NCBI RefSeq assembly: GCF_009914755.1
Contig: NC_060937.1
Direction: 5' to 3' (one strand)
Source of the DNA: the human T2T-CHM13v2.0 reference genome, Homo sapiens
DNA: 64,000 nt
Shown: in pieces, positions 26,521-40,854 of the stretch
Layout: each line of letters starts with the position of its first letter
Numbering within the stretch: position 1 is the stretch's first letter
The notes under the pieces: model-generated
The model's input: the letters and a program-made list of their open reading frames with translations, nothing else
The model's database searches: none
What the model was told of the DNA's origin: nothing
Translations under genes and position numbers: made by a program

Positions 26521-26720
26521 TTTGTAAGGGTACATAATAGTTATATGAATTTTTTCTGGTACAAGTATACAGTGTGTAACAATCAAATCCGGGTAGCTGG
26601 GATCCCCCTCACCTCAAACACGGCTCATTCCTTTGTGCTGGGATATTCCAAATCTTCTCTTCTGGCTATTTGAAACACAACAAATTATTAACTACGGTCA
26701 CCCTATTGTGCTACTGAACA
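26521..26720 (-). mobile_element. L1MA 3' end fragment
   Basis: gtacataatag...aatcaaatccgggta...cacctcaaaca...gtcaccctattgtgcta. Confidence 0.65.
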
Positions 26721-27070
26721 TGATCTCTGACGGATGCACCTCCAGACCTCCAAGCACCTCTCAACCAGCTAAACACACTCGGTGACTGGCAGGCAGGCCC
26801 TGGCAGAAGCCGATCTCTGCTGAGAGTACGTCGGTGATGCGCTTGCCTTGATTTTACTCAGAGGCCCGAGGACTTGCTTTCAGGTTCAGGGACAGATAAT
26901 AAGCAGGCGGCCGAACGCCTGCTTGCGAACGCCTGCTTCTGCACGCAGTGTGCACCACGGGAAGTTCACTGAGAAAACCCCTGCTGGCCCCATCTGAACG
27001 CAACCCACGTATCAGTCTCCTGGCTTCCAAGGAGGGCAGCCAGTACAGCACCATCAAGAACAAACATGGG

Positions 27071-27357
27071 GGCCAGGCGCGGTGGCTCACGCCTGTAATC
27101 CCACCACTTTGGGAGGCCGACGCAGGCAGATCACTTGAAGCCAGGAGTTCGAGACCAGCCCGGCCAACATGGCGAAACCCCATCTCTACTAAAAATACAA
27201 AAATCAGCCGGGCATGGTGGGCTGCACCTGTAGTTCCAGCTACTTGGGAGGCTGAGGCAGGAGAATCATTTGAACCTGGGAGGAAGAAGTTGCAGTGAGC
27301 GAGATCATAAGTCTGGGTGACAGAGCAAGACCCTGCATCCCCCCCCCCAAAAAAAAA
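27071..27357 (+). mobile_element. AluS with a small right-arm deletion and C10-A9 tail
   Basis: Alu dimer consensus. Confidence 0.92.
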
Positions 27358-27963
27358 GGCGGCGGGGGGAGGACATCCTACTAGGTAGCCATGCCAGGGA
27401 CACGAGGGTCACCCAGCTCCTTAGGATCCCCTCTTTGGACCCTCCTAAATCCAGCTGCAACCCAGGGTGTATGGTTCCTGGGCTCTCAGCACCCTGCGTC
27501 CCCTCTACCCCTCCTAACTTTGGATTAGTCTAAAGGGATCTCTTCTCCCCAGGACTTCTGTAGGGGGCTCCCAAGTGGTCTTCCTGCCTGCTGGCTCTCC
27601 CACCAGACATCTAACTATGAGTAATTTGGAATCCTGGACTGGCATGTGAATCAATGGCAAGCAATTTGGCATACAAATCGAAAGCCACAAAAATATCCAA
27701 ACTTGTTAAAACCAATTACTTCGATTCCTAGGCATCTCTACTACATTTTAAATTTGGAAAATGGTATGGGCTGCCCAAAATATTCAACAGCAGCATTACT
27801 TATGTTCAACCTCAGAAGAATGATTAAGTTGCTATGGCACATTAACTTAATGAAGTAGGATGTACTCAACAATGTGTTGATAGGGAAACTCATAAATATA
27901 ATTGAGTTTGTCTATTACTGCTTCTAGGAAAAATGACAGCAGATCAAGAACTTGTGTCTGAGG

Positions 27964-28233
27964 TTTTTTTGTGTCTTTTGGCAGGGAGGGGACTCACTCT
28001 GTCACCCAGGTTCAAGCCATCCTCCCACCTCAGCCTCCTGGATAGCTGGGACTATAGGGCATATCACCATGCCCAGCTAATTTTTAAATTCTTTGTAGAG
28101 GTGGGAGTCGGGGGGGCAAGGGGGGGTCTTGCTTTGTTGCCCAGGTTGGTCTTGAACTCCTGGCCTCAAGCTGTCCTCCCGCCAGGGACTCCCAAAGTGC
28201 TGGGATTATAGGCGTGAGCCACTGTGCCTGGCC
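27964..28233 (-). mobile_element. AluJ with internal deletion
   Basis: Alu arms; TSD-like tgtctgag at 27955-27962 and 28236-28243. Confidence 0.88.
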
Positions 28234-30889
28234 TATGTCTGAGTTTTAAAGTAAACTTTATGTGGGGAGCAGGCAGTCATCTTCCAAAGCAATTAAAATG
28301 AGGTGGAAGGAGAGACCCATTTGGGAAAGATATGAAATTAGACATTAAGACACTGCTCACAGAGAAAACAAACAGTGGTTTCTAATATAAGCTCCAGTCA
28401 AAAGCTGCAAATGCACACATTAACTGCGAACGAATCTTCTCCTGGGGCATGCTCCTGAGTGACCACCCTGAGTTCTCTGTTACTGATGGTTCTGGACTCT
28501 CCTCAACATTGGGAGATGTGGGGATCTATGCAACAGCATCCTACATCTTCACAATATCATGTCAAATAAAGTACGCTAGCTACACATCTGAAGATACAAT
28601 TTAAGTGATTTTAATTATATAGAGAAAATAATTCTAGAAGAAACCAACTCTATAATCAAGAAGAAAACCAGGGATAACCCTAAATCACAGCTGTAATCAA
28701 TCAAAACAAAATCTCATTTGATATAAGCTTATTACTTAAGCAGATGCGATCATTAGGAACACACTTGTAACTGGCATCTAGAGGCGTATGTGATGTTTAT
28801 GACCATTAAGAGCAACACAAGGTTGACCAAAGTGGCCCAACATTACTCATGCAAAAATAAAGCCTGCTGTCTCCTGGTTCACATTCTTCCCTGGCCCTCA
28901 GGGCTCATCCTCCCAGCCAGGCCTGTGGACAATTCCTGAGCCGTAGGCAGGAGCAGGGAGTCCATGGGCTCAGTGACCAGTGACAGGAAGGGCTGGTACG
29001 CAGTGCAGTAGACAGGCTGGCTGCCTGGGTTCTGGCAGCCCATCGGCTCATCCCACCACGCTTTCACTCATCTTCAACAATGCTATTTTTTTCCATCAAT
29101 GCATCACCAGTTTCCACTTTTCACCATGGTTACACTTCAAACCAAGCACAATCCATTCGCTAACATACCATCGTAATGATCTTACAAGGAAAAAGGGAGA
29201 TGAGAGTTCTTCAGCCCAAGACCTTTCTCTAGTGTTGAAACCGGAGGCTTCTTCGCAGTGAGCAGAGGTATCTCCCTTAGCACCATCTCCAAAGGATGGG
29301 GACTCCTTCAAACAAACCAAACTTCCCCAAATCACCTTAAAACAGTAGTAGTGAAGGTTCTTACGACATATGGGCAATCAGGACTTAGTAATGTCATGCT
29401 TAGGTTAAGACTGACATAAGATTCTCTTTGTATGCAAAGACATTCAGCAACACCTGAGCAGCCCAGACAAGATAAGGGGGCACAGCTACTGCCAGAGGTG
29501 ACAATGCTCAAAAAGGTTCCAAACATATACAGGAAATGGAGGTTTGTATTCCCTTTAGTTCAGTGAGATGAAGAAGCTAGTGAGGCAGGTGAAGTCCATC
29601 ACTTCTCCCAACCCACCCTTCCTTTGACAATCTGCGTGTGAACCTAGGTGTGACTTGGGCACGTGCCTTCATAACTACCATACAGAACCCTGTCCCCAAT
29701 AGCTGGAAGGTCTTTCCTTACCTGCAGTGCACAGACTAGGAGGGGAAATGTCTACAAGTCATGCAAGAGAGAATGGAGGGAAAGCTGGGAAGCAGCTGAG
29801 TGAGCCATGAGACCAGAGCGGCCTCCAGTGTACCCTGAAGAGCACTGGCTGCCTGGCAGGCAAGCCAGCCACTGGAGGGACACACACAGGGCAGCCAGGA
29901 AGAGCGCCCTTATCAGGCCCTGCTTGCGACAAGAGCTGCCAGTCCAGAGCCACGCCCAGTGGGAAACAAAGGAAATCTCAGCCCTAAGGCCCCAGCGTGA
30001 AACCCCACTTCTGAGAACTTTGAGACGCAGACACAGACGTGACCCTCATCGGCCCTCACCACACGCCTCCCGGGTCCACAAACCTGGAAAGTCAATTTCA
30101 CATCAACATAAGAGTTTGCTCATGATTTCCAGTTCAGAGTTGGAACTGGAACTCTGAAGGGAGGACTTGCCCTTCAAGGAAGGTGGGTGCGGATGGCTCA
30201 GGCAGACAGGACAGCTCTCGAATAAAGGTTCTCATGTGAGCAGTGATGGTGCAACCAAGAGCGGAAGATCTTCACATGGCCCTGTCTCCTTTTTTCCACG
30301 GCACTTTGCATGATCTGAAACTGCTTATTTATTGTTTCTTCTACTTCAGGAGAGGAGGGAGTGTGCTGTCGTGATCACAGTTGTATTCACAGTGCAGTTG
30401 CTCAGTACAAATTTGTGAATGAATGGCACCAGCTTGATTTTCTTCCTTTGAAGGCACTTAATTTTTTAATAAGTTTGTAATACAACTTTTTTCCTCTGGA
30501 AAAGGTTCTGACATATGTAATCATCTCTATTCATTCATTTTGCTTGGTACCAGGCAACCTCTTTGACTTATGGGTTCACATCATTCTTGACCTTGGGTAA
30601 GTTTTAAATCTTTAAACATTCTTCTATTTATTCTGGAGTTTTCTTTCAAAACACCAATTAAAGCTGTGCACTGATGCTTTCAAAACTCTTTTAAACCTCT
30701 CTCAGCTTGCATCTCAACTAGAACGCCATCCTGCCAGGGCCCAACCCTGAAATGGCCGCACACTGAGGTGCCCATGCCTTCTGCCCCGCCACTCTCTAGG
30801 GATATTTGTCACCTAAGGCAGGTAACTCACTGAAAATGGTGACTACAACACAGCACGCTTGCTCCTAAAGTGCTGTTAATTCTTCCTGT

Positions 30890-31036
30890 TTACTGTCAGT
30901 CTCCCCCATATGAATTTAAGACATACAGGAGAAGAGACTTTTGTTCTTGTCTACTCCAGTATTACTGGAATCCAGAAAAATGTGCCTACACAGAATGGGT
31001 TAAATGAAAGAATCAATATGAAATAAATACAATAAT
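30890..31036 (+). mobile_element. L2 3' end remnant
   Basis: tgtcagtctccccc...agagacttttgtt...tgtgcct...aatgaa pattern. Confidence 0.45.
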
Positions 31037-32004
31037 GAAAGAGAGAGAAAGAGAGAAGGAAGGGGAGGAAGGAAAGGGAGAGGAAAGGAAGGAGGGAGGG
31101 AGGAGGGAGGAAAGGAGGGAGGGAGGGAGGGAGGAAAGGAGGGAGGGAGGGAGGAAGGAAAGGAAGGAGGGAGGGAGGAAAGGAAGGAGGGAGGGAGGGA
31201 GGAAAGGAAGGAGGGAGGAAAGGAAGGAGGGAGGGAGGGAGGAAAGGAAGGAGGGAGGGAGGAGGGAGGAAAGGAGGGAGGGAGGGAGGGAGGAAAGGAA
31301 GGAGGGAGGGAGGAAAGGAAGGAGGGAGGGAGGGAGGAAAGGAAGGAGGGAGGAAAGGAAAGAGGGAGGGAGGGAGGAAAGGAAGGAGGGAGGGAGGAGG
31401 GAGGAAAGGAGGGAGGGAGGGAGGGAGGAAAGGAGGGAGGGAGGGAGAAAAGGAGGGAGGGAGGGAGGGAGGAAAGGAAGGAGGGAGGGAGGAAAGGAAG
31501 GAGGGAGGGAGGGAGGAAAGGAAGGAGGGAGGAAAGGAAGGAGGGAGGGGGGGAGGAAAGGAAGGAGGGAGGGAGGGAGGAAAGGAAGGAGGGAGGGAGG
31601 AAAGGAAGGAGGGAGGGAGGGAGGAAAGGAAGGAGGGAGGGAGGGAGGAAAGGAAGGAGGGAGGGAGGGAGGAAAGGAAGGAGGGAGGAAAGGAAGGAGG
31701 GAGGGGGGGAGGAAAGGAAGGAGGGAGGAAAGGAAGGAGGGAGGAAAGGAAGGAGGGAGGGGGGGAGGAAAGGAAGGAGGGAGGAAAGGAAGGAGGGAGG
31801 AAAGGAAGGAGGGAGGGGGGGAGGAAAGGAAGGAGGGAGGGAGGGAGGAAAGGAAGGAGGGAGGGAGGAAAGGAAGGAGGGAGGGAGGGAGGAAAGGAAG
31901 GAGGGAGGGAGGGAGGAAAGGAAGGAGGGAGGGAGGGAGGAAAGGAAGGAGGGAGGAAAGGAAGGAGGGAGGGGGGGAGGAAAGGAAGGAGGGAGAGAGG
32001 GAAA
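31037..32004 (+). repeat. 968-nt pure purine GGAA/GGGA compound repeat
   Basis: No C or T on the + strand across the interval; recurring GAGGAAAGGAAG(GAGG)n units. Confidence 0.97.
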
Positions 32005-33512
32005 TCTAAAATCAGAGTCCTCAGTCACATGGTAGATCAGCTAATTTACTACAAAGAATGAGAAGAGAATAATCGAGGTGGTGTCATCCAATGAGTTAAG
32101 AAACATGGGTTCTAGTCTCAGCCTTGCCAAAATCTACACAGATGAACTTTGATAAATGGGGTCAGCTTAAAATAAAGAGAATGGACTAAACATGTAAGTT
32201 CCTGGTCGAGTCCCAAAATTACATGACCCCAGGAAAAGGGTCAACAGCCAAAGTGACTGCAGATGAGAAGCAGCCAAGGCAGTGTCCCTCCCACGTGGGG
32301 TAGAGACACTCCCAGGCAAGGGCACACACCCAAGACCAGCCAGGTCTGCTGTGTGGGTATGTGGGGGGTGGGGGAACCCATCAGTCACTCACCAGCCAGA
32401 GGCTGTCAAGGCCATCATAGTGCTCAGAAAAGTCACAGCCACCGCTACCACTCAACAGTGAGACGGGCTCACTCCTCCCAAGGTGGAACCAGGTACGCCT
32501 GCAACTTGAGCTACAACCTGGACGCTTTCTAACAGTCTATAGCTTGCAACGGTGACCTGGGTCTGCAGGGAAAGTCACCTGGTGCTTCCTGTACTATGTT
32601 TAACAAGGTGGGAAGTTTACTGGGTACTGGGAAGATTTCTGTTTAAAAGCAGCAGCAAGGTTCGGCCTATATGCATATCTGAGTTAGGTATTTGTTTGCT
32701 CAGAAACTTGGAGCCCAGGAAAGCCAATTCTCCGTGGATCATGTGGCCTTTTAACTGTGTACAGGGTCCTAAGAAGAGCAGACTGTGCGAACTGAAGTTA
32801 AACCAGAGCCCTAGGAGGCAAAGTCCCGGGATTTTTTGTCCCATCTAACAGAGTTCACAAAAGTGGAGGGCAACAGAGAAAAAGAATATGAGAAAAATTA
32901 GGAGAGTGTCCCTAACACAGGACAAGTAAAAAACAGTGGGAAGAAAGGGTTAGGGTTTCATCACATGTTGACAAGGACAGGCTGGGAACGAGAATCCTCA
33001 GAACTAAAAATAATAGGAAGACCCTGCAGCAGTCACTCAAAGCACTGTTCTTCCTCCATTCTCACGCTTCCGTGGACTCCCTTTCTCTTGTGGGAGCCCC
33101 TTTCTCTACAGGCCCCTTCAAGGTTGCCGATTCCACGCACTTGCACTTCGACCCCCAGCTGTGCCCAGACAGCAGGTGGAGCCCCTCTGCAACCGCACAC
33201 GCCTCCACCCCTCACCACCATGGCCCTTCAGTTCCTCCCACCCCCCTCCAAACCCGCTCCATCCTGTGTCCCCGCTGCCACCAAACAAACATAGCCTGAG
33301 TTAAAAACCTCGATCATGGTGGGCTGGATCAGCACAGGGTATTAAATGATACAGCAGGAGACAGAGGAGAAAACTGTTCATAACCAAGGTTGAAGAATTA
33401 CCTTTATGACCTACCTCAAGGTACCAGCTTCGTTCCAACTTAGAAAAGCTACCAGGCTAAAGAACAAAAGGCGGGAGCCCTCCAGGCCTCGTGAGGCACG
33501 GCGCCGCCCTCA

Positions 33513-33797
<285 letters not shown>

Positions 33798-33953
33798 CTA
33801 CACTTTTTGTCAGACCCCCTCAAAGCCAGCCCAGCCCAGGCAAGGCAAACGTGCAGGACAAATGGGCGCCAGCACCTTCCCTTGAGAAGTCTTCAGGGCA
33901 ACCCCACCACCACCTTCAGTATTTCAAAGGAATGAAAACGGATGTCCTCTTAC

Positions 33954-34062
33954 CTTTAATGTCTCTGTGGATTTTCTTCTCCGAATGGAGATAATCGAGT
34001 CCTTTCAGTATTTCTCTTAATATAGTAGCGATCTGGGTTTCATCTAATGGGCCAGGTTCTAA
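33954..34062 (-). CDS. STK24: STK24 exon 4: [36 protein letters not shown](A), catalytic loop
   Basis: ttcttAG acceptor, GTAAGA donor; 109 nt; HRDIK motif. Confidence 0.97.
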
Positions 34063-34300
34063 CTAAGAAGAGAAAAAAATTCTTAAAGTTACTTAAATGA
34101 TTATCTTATGAAAAGTTTGAGATAAAACAGAAACACTATCCATGTTAATGGACAAGGGTAATTAAAACCTGAAATCTTCTTCACTTAAAACACATGATTT
34201 TGCCCTAACAATTACAGTCCACTGAGGGACCCTTAAAAAAACAAAGGGCCCGAGAAAATGGCTTTGCTCAATGAAGCCAAGCCAGCAGAGAAGCAAAGAG

Positions 34301-34476
34301 GAGCCAATGAGGAAGCCCGCAGCCCCGCCTGCGCCTGCAGCTGACCACAGGGCGACCCCCTGGCCATGGCAGGGGCGGGGCGCAGGCTGAGCCAATGAGG
34401 AAGCCCACGACCCGGCCTGCGCCTGCAGCTGACCTCAGGGTGCCCCTCTGGCCATGGCAGGGGCGGGGTACAGGCT
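34301..34476. promoter_or_regulatory. 2 x 88-bp tandem duplication, each unit carrying a CCAAT box, CAGCTG E-box and GC box
   Basis: CCAAT at 34304-34308 and 34392-34396; GGGGCGGGG at 34372-34380 and 34460-34468; the repeat is certain, the regulatory role is inferred. Confidence 0.5.
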
Positions 34477-36093
34477 GGGGATTTCACTCCAGGAAACGAA
34501 CAGCCAAGAGACAGAGCAGCCAGGATCTGTCCTAACATATGTGGTTCCCTTACCAGAAGGCTCACCCCTGGTACCCAAAAACACCCAGGAAAGAAGGCCT
34601 AGGAGCCAGGCGCCTCTGAGGATATCCTTGTATTAGAATTTTTTAAATCTGCAGTTAAAGCTCCCCAACTTGGGGGAATGCAGCTGAAAGAGCTTAAATC
34701 CTAATAGTTTGGGATTTGTTATATAATAGATATTATATAATAATAATAACTATTATATTATCCCTAAGATAATAATTACCTCTGAAAGCTTTTATTCTCA
34801 GAAACTCAAAATAATTGTTCCTATTGACTCCTTTATATCCACAACTATATCAGATGAAAGGAAGAAATGTCAGGTATCCACATCTCCATTTAAAAGGAAA
34901 GGAAAACCAGGCTAACAAAGGCTCACTTCAAACCAGACGGGAAGCCCCCCCCCGCCCCCTGCAGAGTGGGGCAGTCAGTCACAAACAGTAATTCCACAGA
35001 TGACAGCAGCAAAGCCACCAGTGCTCCCCGGAACCACAGAAACGGAGCCAGACAGAGGGCAGATGTCTAATCGATGCAGGTAGGGTTCCCCCAAATCATG
35101 GTCCCCCATTCTTGGTTTTCAGACTTGACAGTGAATGTCTTCACAGCCCACACCCACACATTTTAGCCAACAGGAAGATACAATCTGGGGCCTTTCACTT
35201 AGTTTTAAAAAGATAAGAAATGTGCTTTAAGCCAAAGGGGATGAAAACTAGGGCGCTCCTCCACAGGAAGCATCCGACTCAGGCGTGCACATCTCTGGGA
35301 CAGAGCCCGACAGTCCTTGCGTGCCTCAGCTCCTTCACATCCTGTTCCACATCCGGAAGTACTTGTGGGGTGCAGTGTGGGGGCAACCGAGACAGCCCTT
35401 GTCACCGAAACCACAGCCTGACTCATACCTGGCCCTGCTTTCCGGCCCATGGGTGAGCTGTGCTGCCTTGGCTCGCAGGCCTGCCCTGGTCTACACAGCA
35501 ATCCCAGGGTCAGGGCCACTCTCAGAGGTGGCCTCTCCTCACACACTGGCCTCGCTGGGACTCTGGCCTGCCTGGCAGCAGACACACCTGGAATCCAGCC
35601 ACCCCTGGCCTTCTCCACCCAGGACCCAGGTGCAGAGAATGCACTTGTCGCTTTTAGTTTGACCGCACACATATGCTCAGAGAAGGTCAAAATGCCCATC
35701 TCCATCGCCTGCCAGAAATTGTCCCAAATTCCAATTAAGATATTGTCCAAAAGTTACCTCAGACTAAGGCATTACGCCACAGACTCTGTTCCCCAGAAAG
35801 TAGTTTTTTCCCAGTTACCTGAACAAAAGTCTTATTTATAAGAAATGCATATCAAAACTACTATTCTAAAGAACACAATCAGGAAAACTATGCCTTAAGT
35901 CAGCTTTCTCCACATCTATTTTTCAGTGTTCATAGAATGTAGAAATTTTAATTTTCAAAATGAGGAACACAGACTTTTCTCATCACCTGGGTGGACAGTG
36001 GGGAGGAGGATAGAGATGCCGGAGTGTTTGCTTTTGTTCATAATGCTGGAGTGCAGGAGAATCCAGTCGACCAAAGATCAAAGTCATGTTAGA

Positions 36094-36401
<308 letters not shown>

Positions 36402-37099
36402 TTAGAGTCGGGTCCCATCTCCCATCTCCTCCTTCACCAAGTCTGTGCCCAAGCCGACGATCAATACCTGTGGTTAGATCTGGACTTAACCACCTCCCTT
36501 CCATTACCAAGTCTCCCAAAAGCAACGGCAGAGCGGCCTGCTGTCATTCCCAAAGGGCGCTAAGAGGAAGAGGTGAGGAACACTCATGGAAAATCCTCCC
36601 CTGGATAATTAAGGGCTGGCTCTGTGATGACTGTCTGCATGGTTCTGCCCTTTTAAATCTGCCCTGAACACCATCCATCATTGACTTATATGCCCATGGG
36701 GAACGAGGAGGAAGGGGAGAAAAAGAGATAAAACTCTCCTTACTTGGGGGGAAATCCTTTCTGCGTCAAAATTCACTATAAAGGGTATTCGGCTGCTGTC
36801 TACCCCCCAGAGTGCCTCATGAGCAGCTCGGACCAGGCCAAGCTCTCCAAGTCAGCAGCTGGTGTTCGCCATTGCGACCATGCTCTCCATCATTCAGGCA
36901 CTTGCAGACTCTTCAAATAGGACCCAGGAAAAAAACCTAGACCACATCCCACCTCTGTGTGACTTCTAACTCCCCCTCCCCGAGCCTGTCCTCCCCTGCT
37001 TCGAAGCTCTGTAACAGGGACTATTGGCCGGGGCACTCAGCCACAACAAGAAACCACATTTCCCAGACTCTGAGCAGCAGCCTGTGGTCAGGTGACTAA

Positions 37100-37368
37100 G
37101 ACCTCGCCAGTGGGTCAGACAGGAGCAAATGTGCCCCATGCCCCTGCTTGGTCTTGGCCCTGAAGCACTGGCAGTGGGAGAGGACAATGGCTGAAGACCA
37201 AGGGAAGCCTGGGGCTCCAGATGCTGAAGCCACCCACCAGCACAGACCGTGACGGTATGGACCAGAGCCACTGACCCCATGTGCAGGGGGAGAAATAAAT
37301 TTCTATCTTTTGTGAGACACTGTTTTAGAGCTGCTATGATGGCAACTTGGCCTAAACATTAATGAATA
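37100..37368 (+). mobile_element. Old MLT1-type LTR 3' portion
   Basis: gagaaataaatttctatc...cactgttttagag...ggcaac...cctaa ending. Confidence 0.45.
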
Positions 37369-39466
37369 TGCCATCTCATTTCTTAAAACCCATGTCGTGT
37401 ACTCATTTTTTAAGTCCGTCAAACATCTCTGCCTGATTAAGTGACTGGTTTATGTAGCATTGTCCCTTTGTAATTAGATTCCAAGGTTGTCCCTCGGATT
37501 CTCTGGCAACACTGGCTGATCTTTTAATCAGCTAAAACCTTCTGGTCTCAGGCCCTCTGTGGCTCATCCTCACTCCAGCTCCCCCATTCACCTCCCTCGC
37601 CTGCATTGTTTTCCTTGTAAGGAAGGAACCTTCTAACAAACGGTGTAATTGACAGACCTCCCCACCAGAACTCCCCAAGAGCAGGACTTTCCGCTGCTGT
37701 GTCCAACGGCAATAATCCCCAATGGCCAGAGCAGCCCCTGACACGCGGGAGGCACACAACTCTATGCTGAATGAAAAATGGTTTCCCTCCCCGGGCTACA
37801 AAGACAGACTGCATTTAAGTTAGGGTGTCTTGGACTGTGTGATACTTCTTATGCTCTTCTAAGTCAGGGCACCCTACAGGCAAGGCGGCTGGAACTTGAG
37901 AGATGACTGACTTGAGTAGTTTTCAAGCTATATTCCAAGAGCCCAGCGGCCTTGGGATCATATAGACACTTAATTTCCATTTACCATTTTATTTTAAATT
38001 TTTTTAAATCAACGGACTGAGCACACACTCAAATATGTGCATTCAAAATAAAATGTGTACCTATTTTCTATTTTATATTCATGGCTCTTAATAATACTGT
38101 CTCTAGTCTCCACCTGAAATCCCAAATTTGCATTTTTTAAAAGTTAAAAAGCACCTGGAGAGCGGAAAAGGTGGCTGCTAAGGGATGCACCCCTGCCAGC
38201 TGAGGGATGCCCATGCCCAACAGCAGACCTGGGCTCATCCCAGCCTTCAAGTCCTAAAGCCTCTCTGCTTCGTCCTTCGCTCTGATACGTGGGGCCCGAG
38301 ATTTATGTATATGCCATGTTGTCTGCCACCCAATTTTTAACTTGGGGCAAAGTCACTTCCCCTCTCTAGGGTGCCCCAGGCATCTGTAAATTTCCAGATG
38401 GACTTCCAGTTCCCCTCAGCTCCGGGAGACCCTTGCACCTCGAGGGGGCCCGGTGCTGTGGATGTGGGAAAGAAGCAAAGACTGCAACAGCTCCCAGCCT
38501 ACCTCCAAAACACCCCTTCCCAAGAAAGTGTGGCCTCTTTGAGGGGCTGAGAGCAGGCCAACAGAAAAGGGTAAAGATGGAGAAAGACAACAACATCAGA
38601 GGTTGGTAGAGGACACTGCGGGGTCAAGGGAGGCCACAGGCTCTGAGCTGGCAGAGCAAGGGTCAAGGCCCAGCCCTATCTGCTAGCTGGGACCCTTCAA
38701 CCCTGAAGGTCTCCTAGCTGAGACCCCTCACCCGTGAGGGTCTCCATTCCTGCACCAATTAAATGAGACGATTAGGGGCATTCAAAAAGGAATGTCTGTC
38801 CCTTGTCACCAGCACTCCTTAAGCAGAAGTGAAAAACAGTTTGCTGGAAGTCTCACACTATGTGGGATTTTTTAAGTGGAGAGTTTTACCCTTCCTTCCA
38901 ACTGTAATATCTAAAATTTCACAGACTGCAATTCAAAGAAATCTGAAGGTTATCACCAAATAAATTATTATATCATTAAATATGAACACGCTAAAGCATT
39001 CCTGGAATTGCTCTTCTGAAGGACTTAATGTTGGAAAAAGAATCCCTGTAAACAACTTCGTATATGCTACAAATGAAATTCACTTAGATAATAGTAAATC
39101 TAATTACATAAAATGAGGTAATTTTCTACATTTCTGTAGTATTTCCCAACAGGGTGAAAAAATGAAAAGCTCTTTATGTGTACATTTATGGAAAGGAACC
39201 AAAATAAGTTGTAAAAGTAATCCCACTACATTGCTGTTTTTCCCTTTTTAATATAATTTTATACCATATTAATTTTTCTTGAAATCTCCCTTTTTAATAC
39301 CATTTTTATCAATTATTTTTATGGTTTATAATAATATTTGATTATGTAAATTGGGTACGTTAGCCTTCTGCAGATACATATAGTTTCAGAAGTTTATCTT
39401 CCCAAAACAAACTATCAATTGCTATTATTACTGTGAGAAAAAAGTTTCATTTTATTCTAGAATTAA

Positions 39467-39593
39467 ATTTTTTACAGAGATAGGATTTTGCTATGTGGCC
39501 CAGGCCAGTCCTGAACTTCTGGGCTCAAGTGATCCTCCCACTTCAGTCTCCCAAAAGTGAACAGACTGTAAGCGTGAACCACTGTACCAGGCC
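39467..39593 (-). mobile_element. FLAM or AluJ left monomer
   Basis: Single left-arm Alu. Confidence 0.8.
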
Positions 39594-40467
39594 TAAGAAG
39601 TTTCCTCTCAAAGGGGTTTCCTTTCCTTAATGAGTAATACCCGTGTAGACTATGCTAAAGTAACACAGCTAACTTCAGCTCTCCCTGCAACCACAGCCCT
39701 GTCATCCTGATGGCCGCCTATCATCCAGGACCCAACCTCTAACACTGCAATGACAGATCTGGCCTATCTTGAAAATCACCACTCACCTAAATGACCTGCA
39801 CTTACAGAAGGGGTGGGGAAAGAGTGATCACAGTGACTTCGCTGCACAGCCACAGCGGGGATGAGACAGCAAGTGCTAAACAGCTGCACGAATTCGTTTG
39901 CATTTACTATGTTTCAAGGATGACTTCAGCTGTGCTCATGACATATGCTGGTTATCTGTAAGCACTGCATCAAAACCCAATAGGAAGCCATGTTTTACAC
40001 AAGCAAATCACAGACCAGGACGGTACAGCCACCCTCCACCTGGCTTCCACTACCTTACATGTGGACTGGAGGCCACAGAAGGCACTTGAGGGAGAGTTCA
40101 GAGGAGACATCTGGTGCGGGCCAGCCCCACCTCCACACCCTGGGAGCGCTGGCAAGCAGGGAAGTGTGTGTTCCCCTTAGGCATGACCACTGCTCCCACA
40201 TCCGACATCCGACCTTCATAATCACACCCTGCCCCTTACTTCCAAAATTACAATATTACATGCTTATTTTGGAAACTAAGTTGTCATGTGAAATATGAAA
40301 CGATGAGATAACAGCCCTACAAAAGTAAATAGAACCTGTTTCAGAAAATAAGCTACCCAGCTGTTCTCAGTTGAGATAATTCCAGGCATGATCCTTCCTT
40401 GCTTCCTTCTATGAATACATTTATTGGTTTCCCATGAAACAAAACAGCTGGTTTCAAAAGCAGACAG

Positions 40468-40854
<387 letters not shown>

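Noticed and set aside
27338-27373. C10-A9-GGCGGCG6 possible hairpin at an Alu tail
   Set aside because: Explained by homopolymer slippage in the tail; no independent support for function
31000-32028. 324-aa (+) and 342-aa (-) ORFs, the longest in the window
   Set aside because: A purine-only or pyrimidine-only tract cannot contain stop codons; these are low-complexity artefacts
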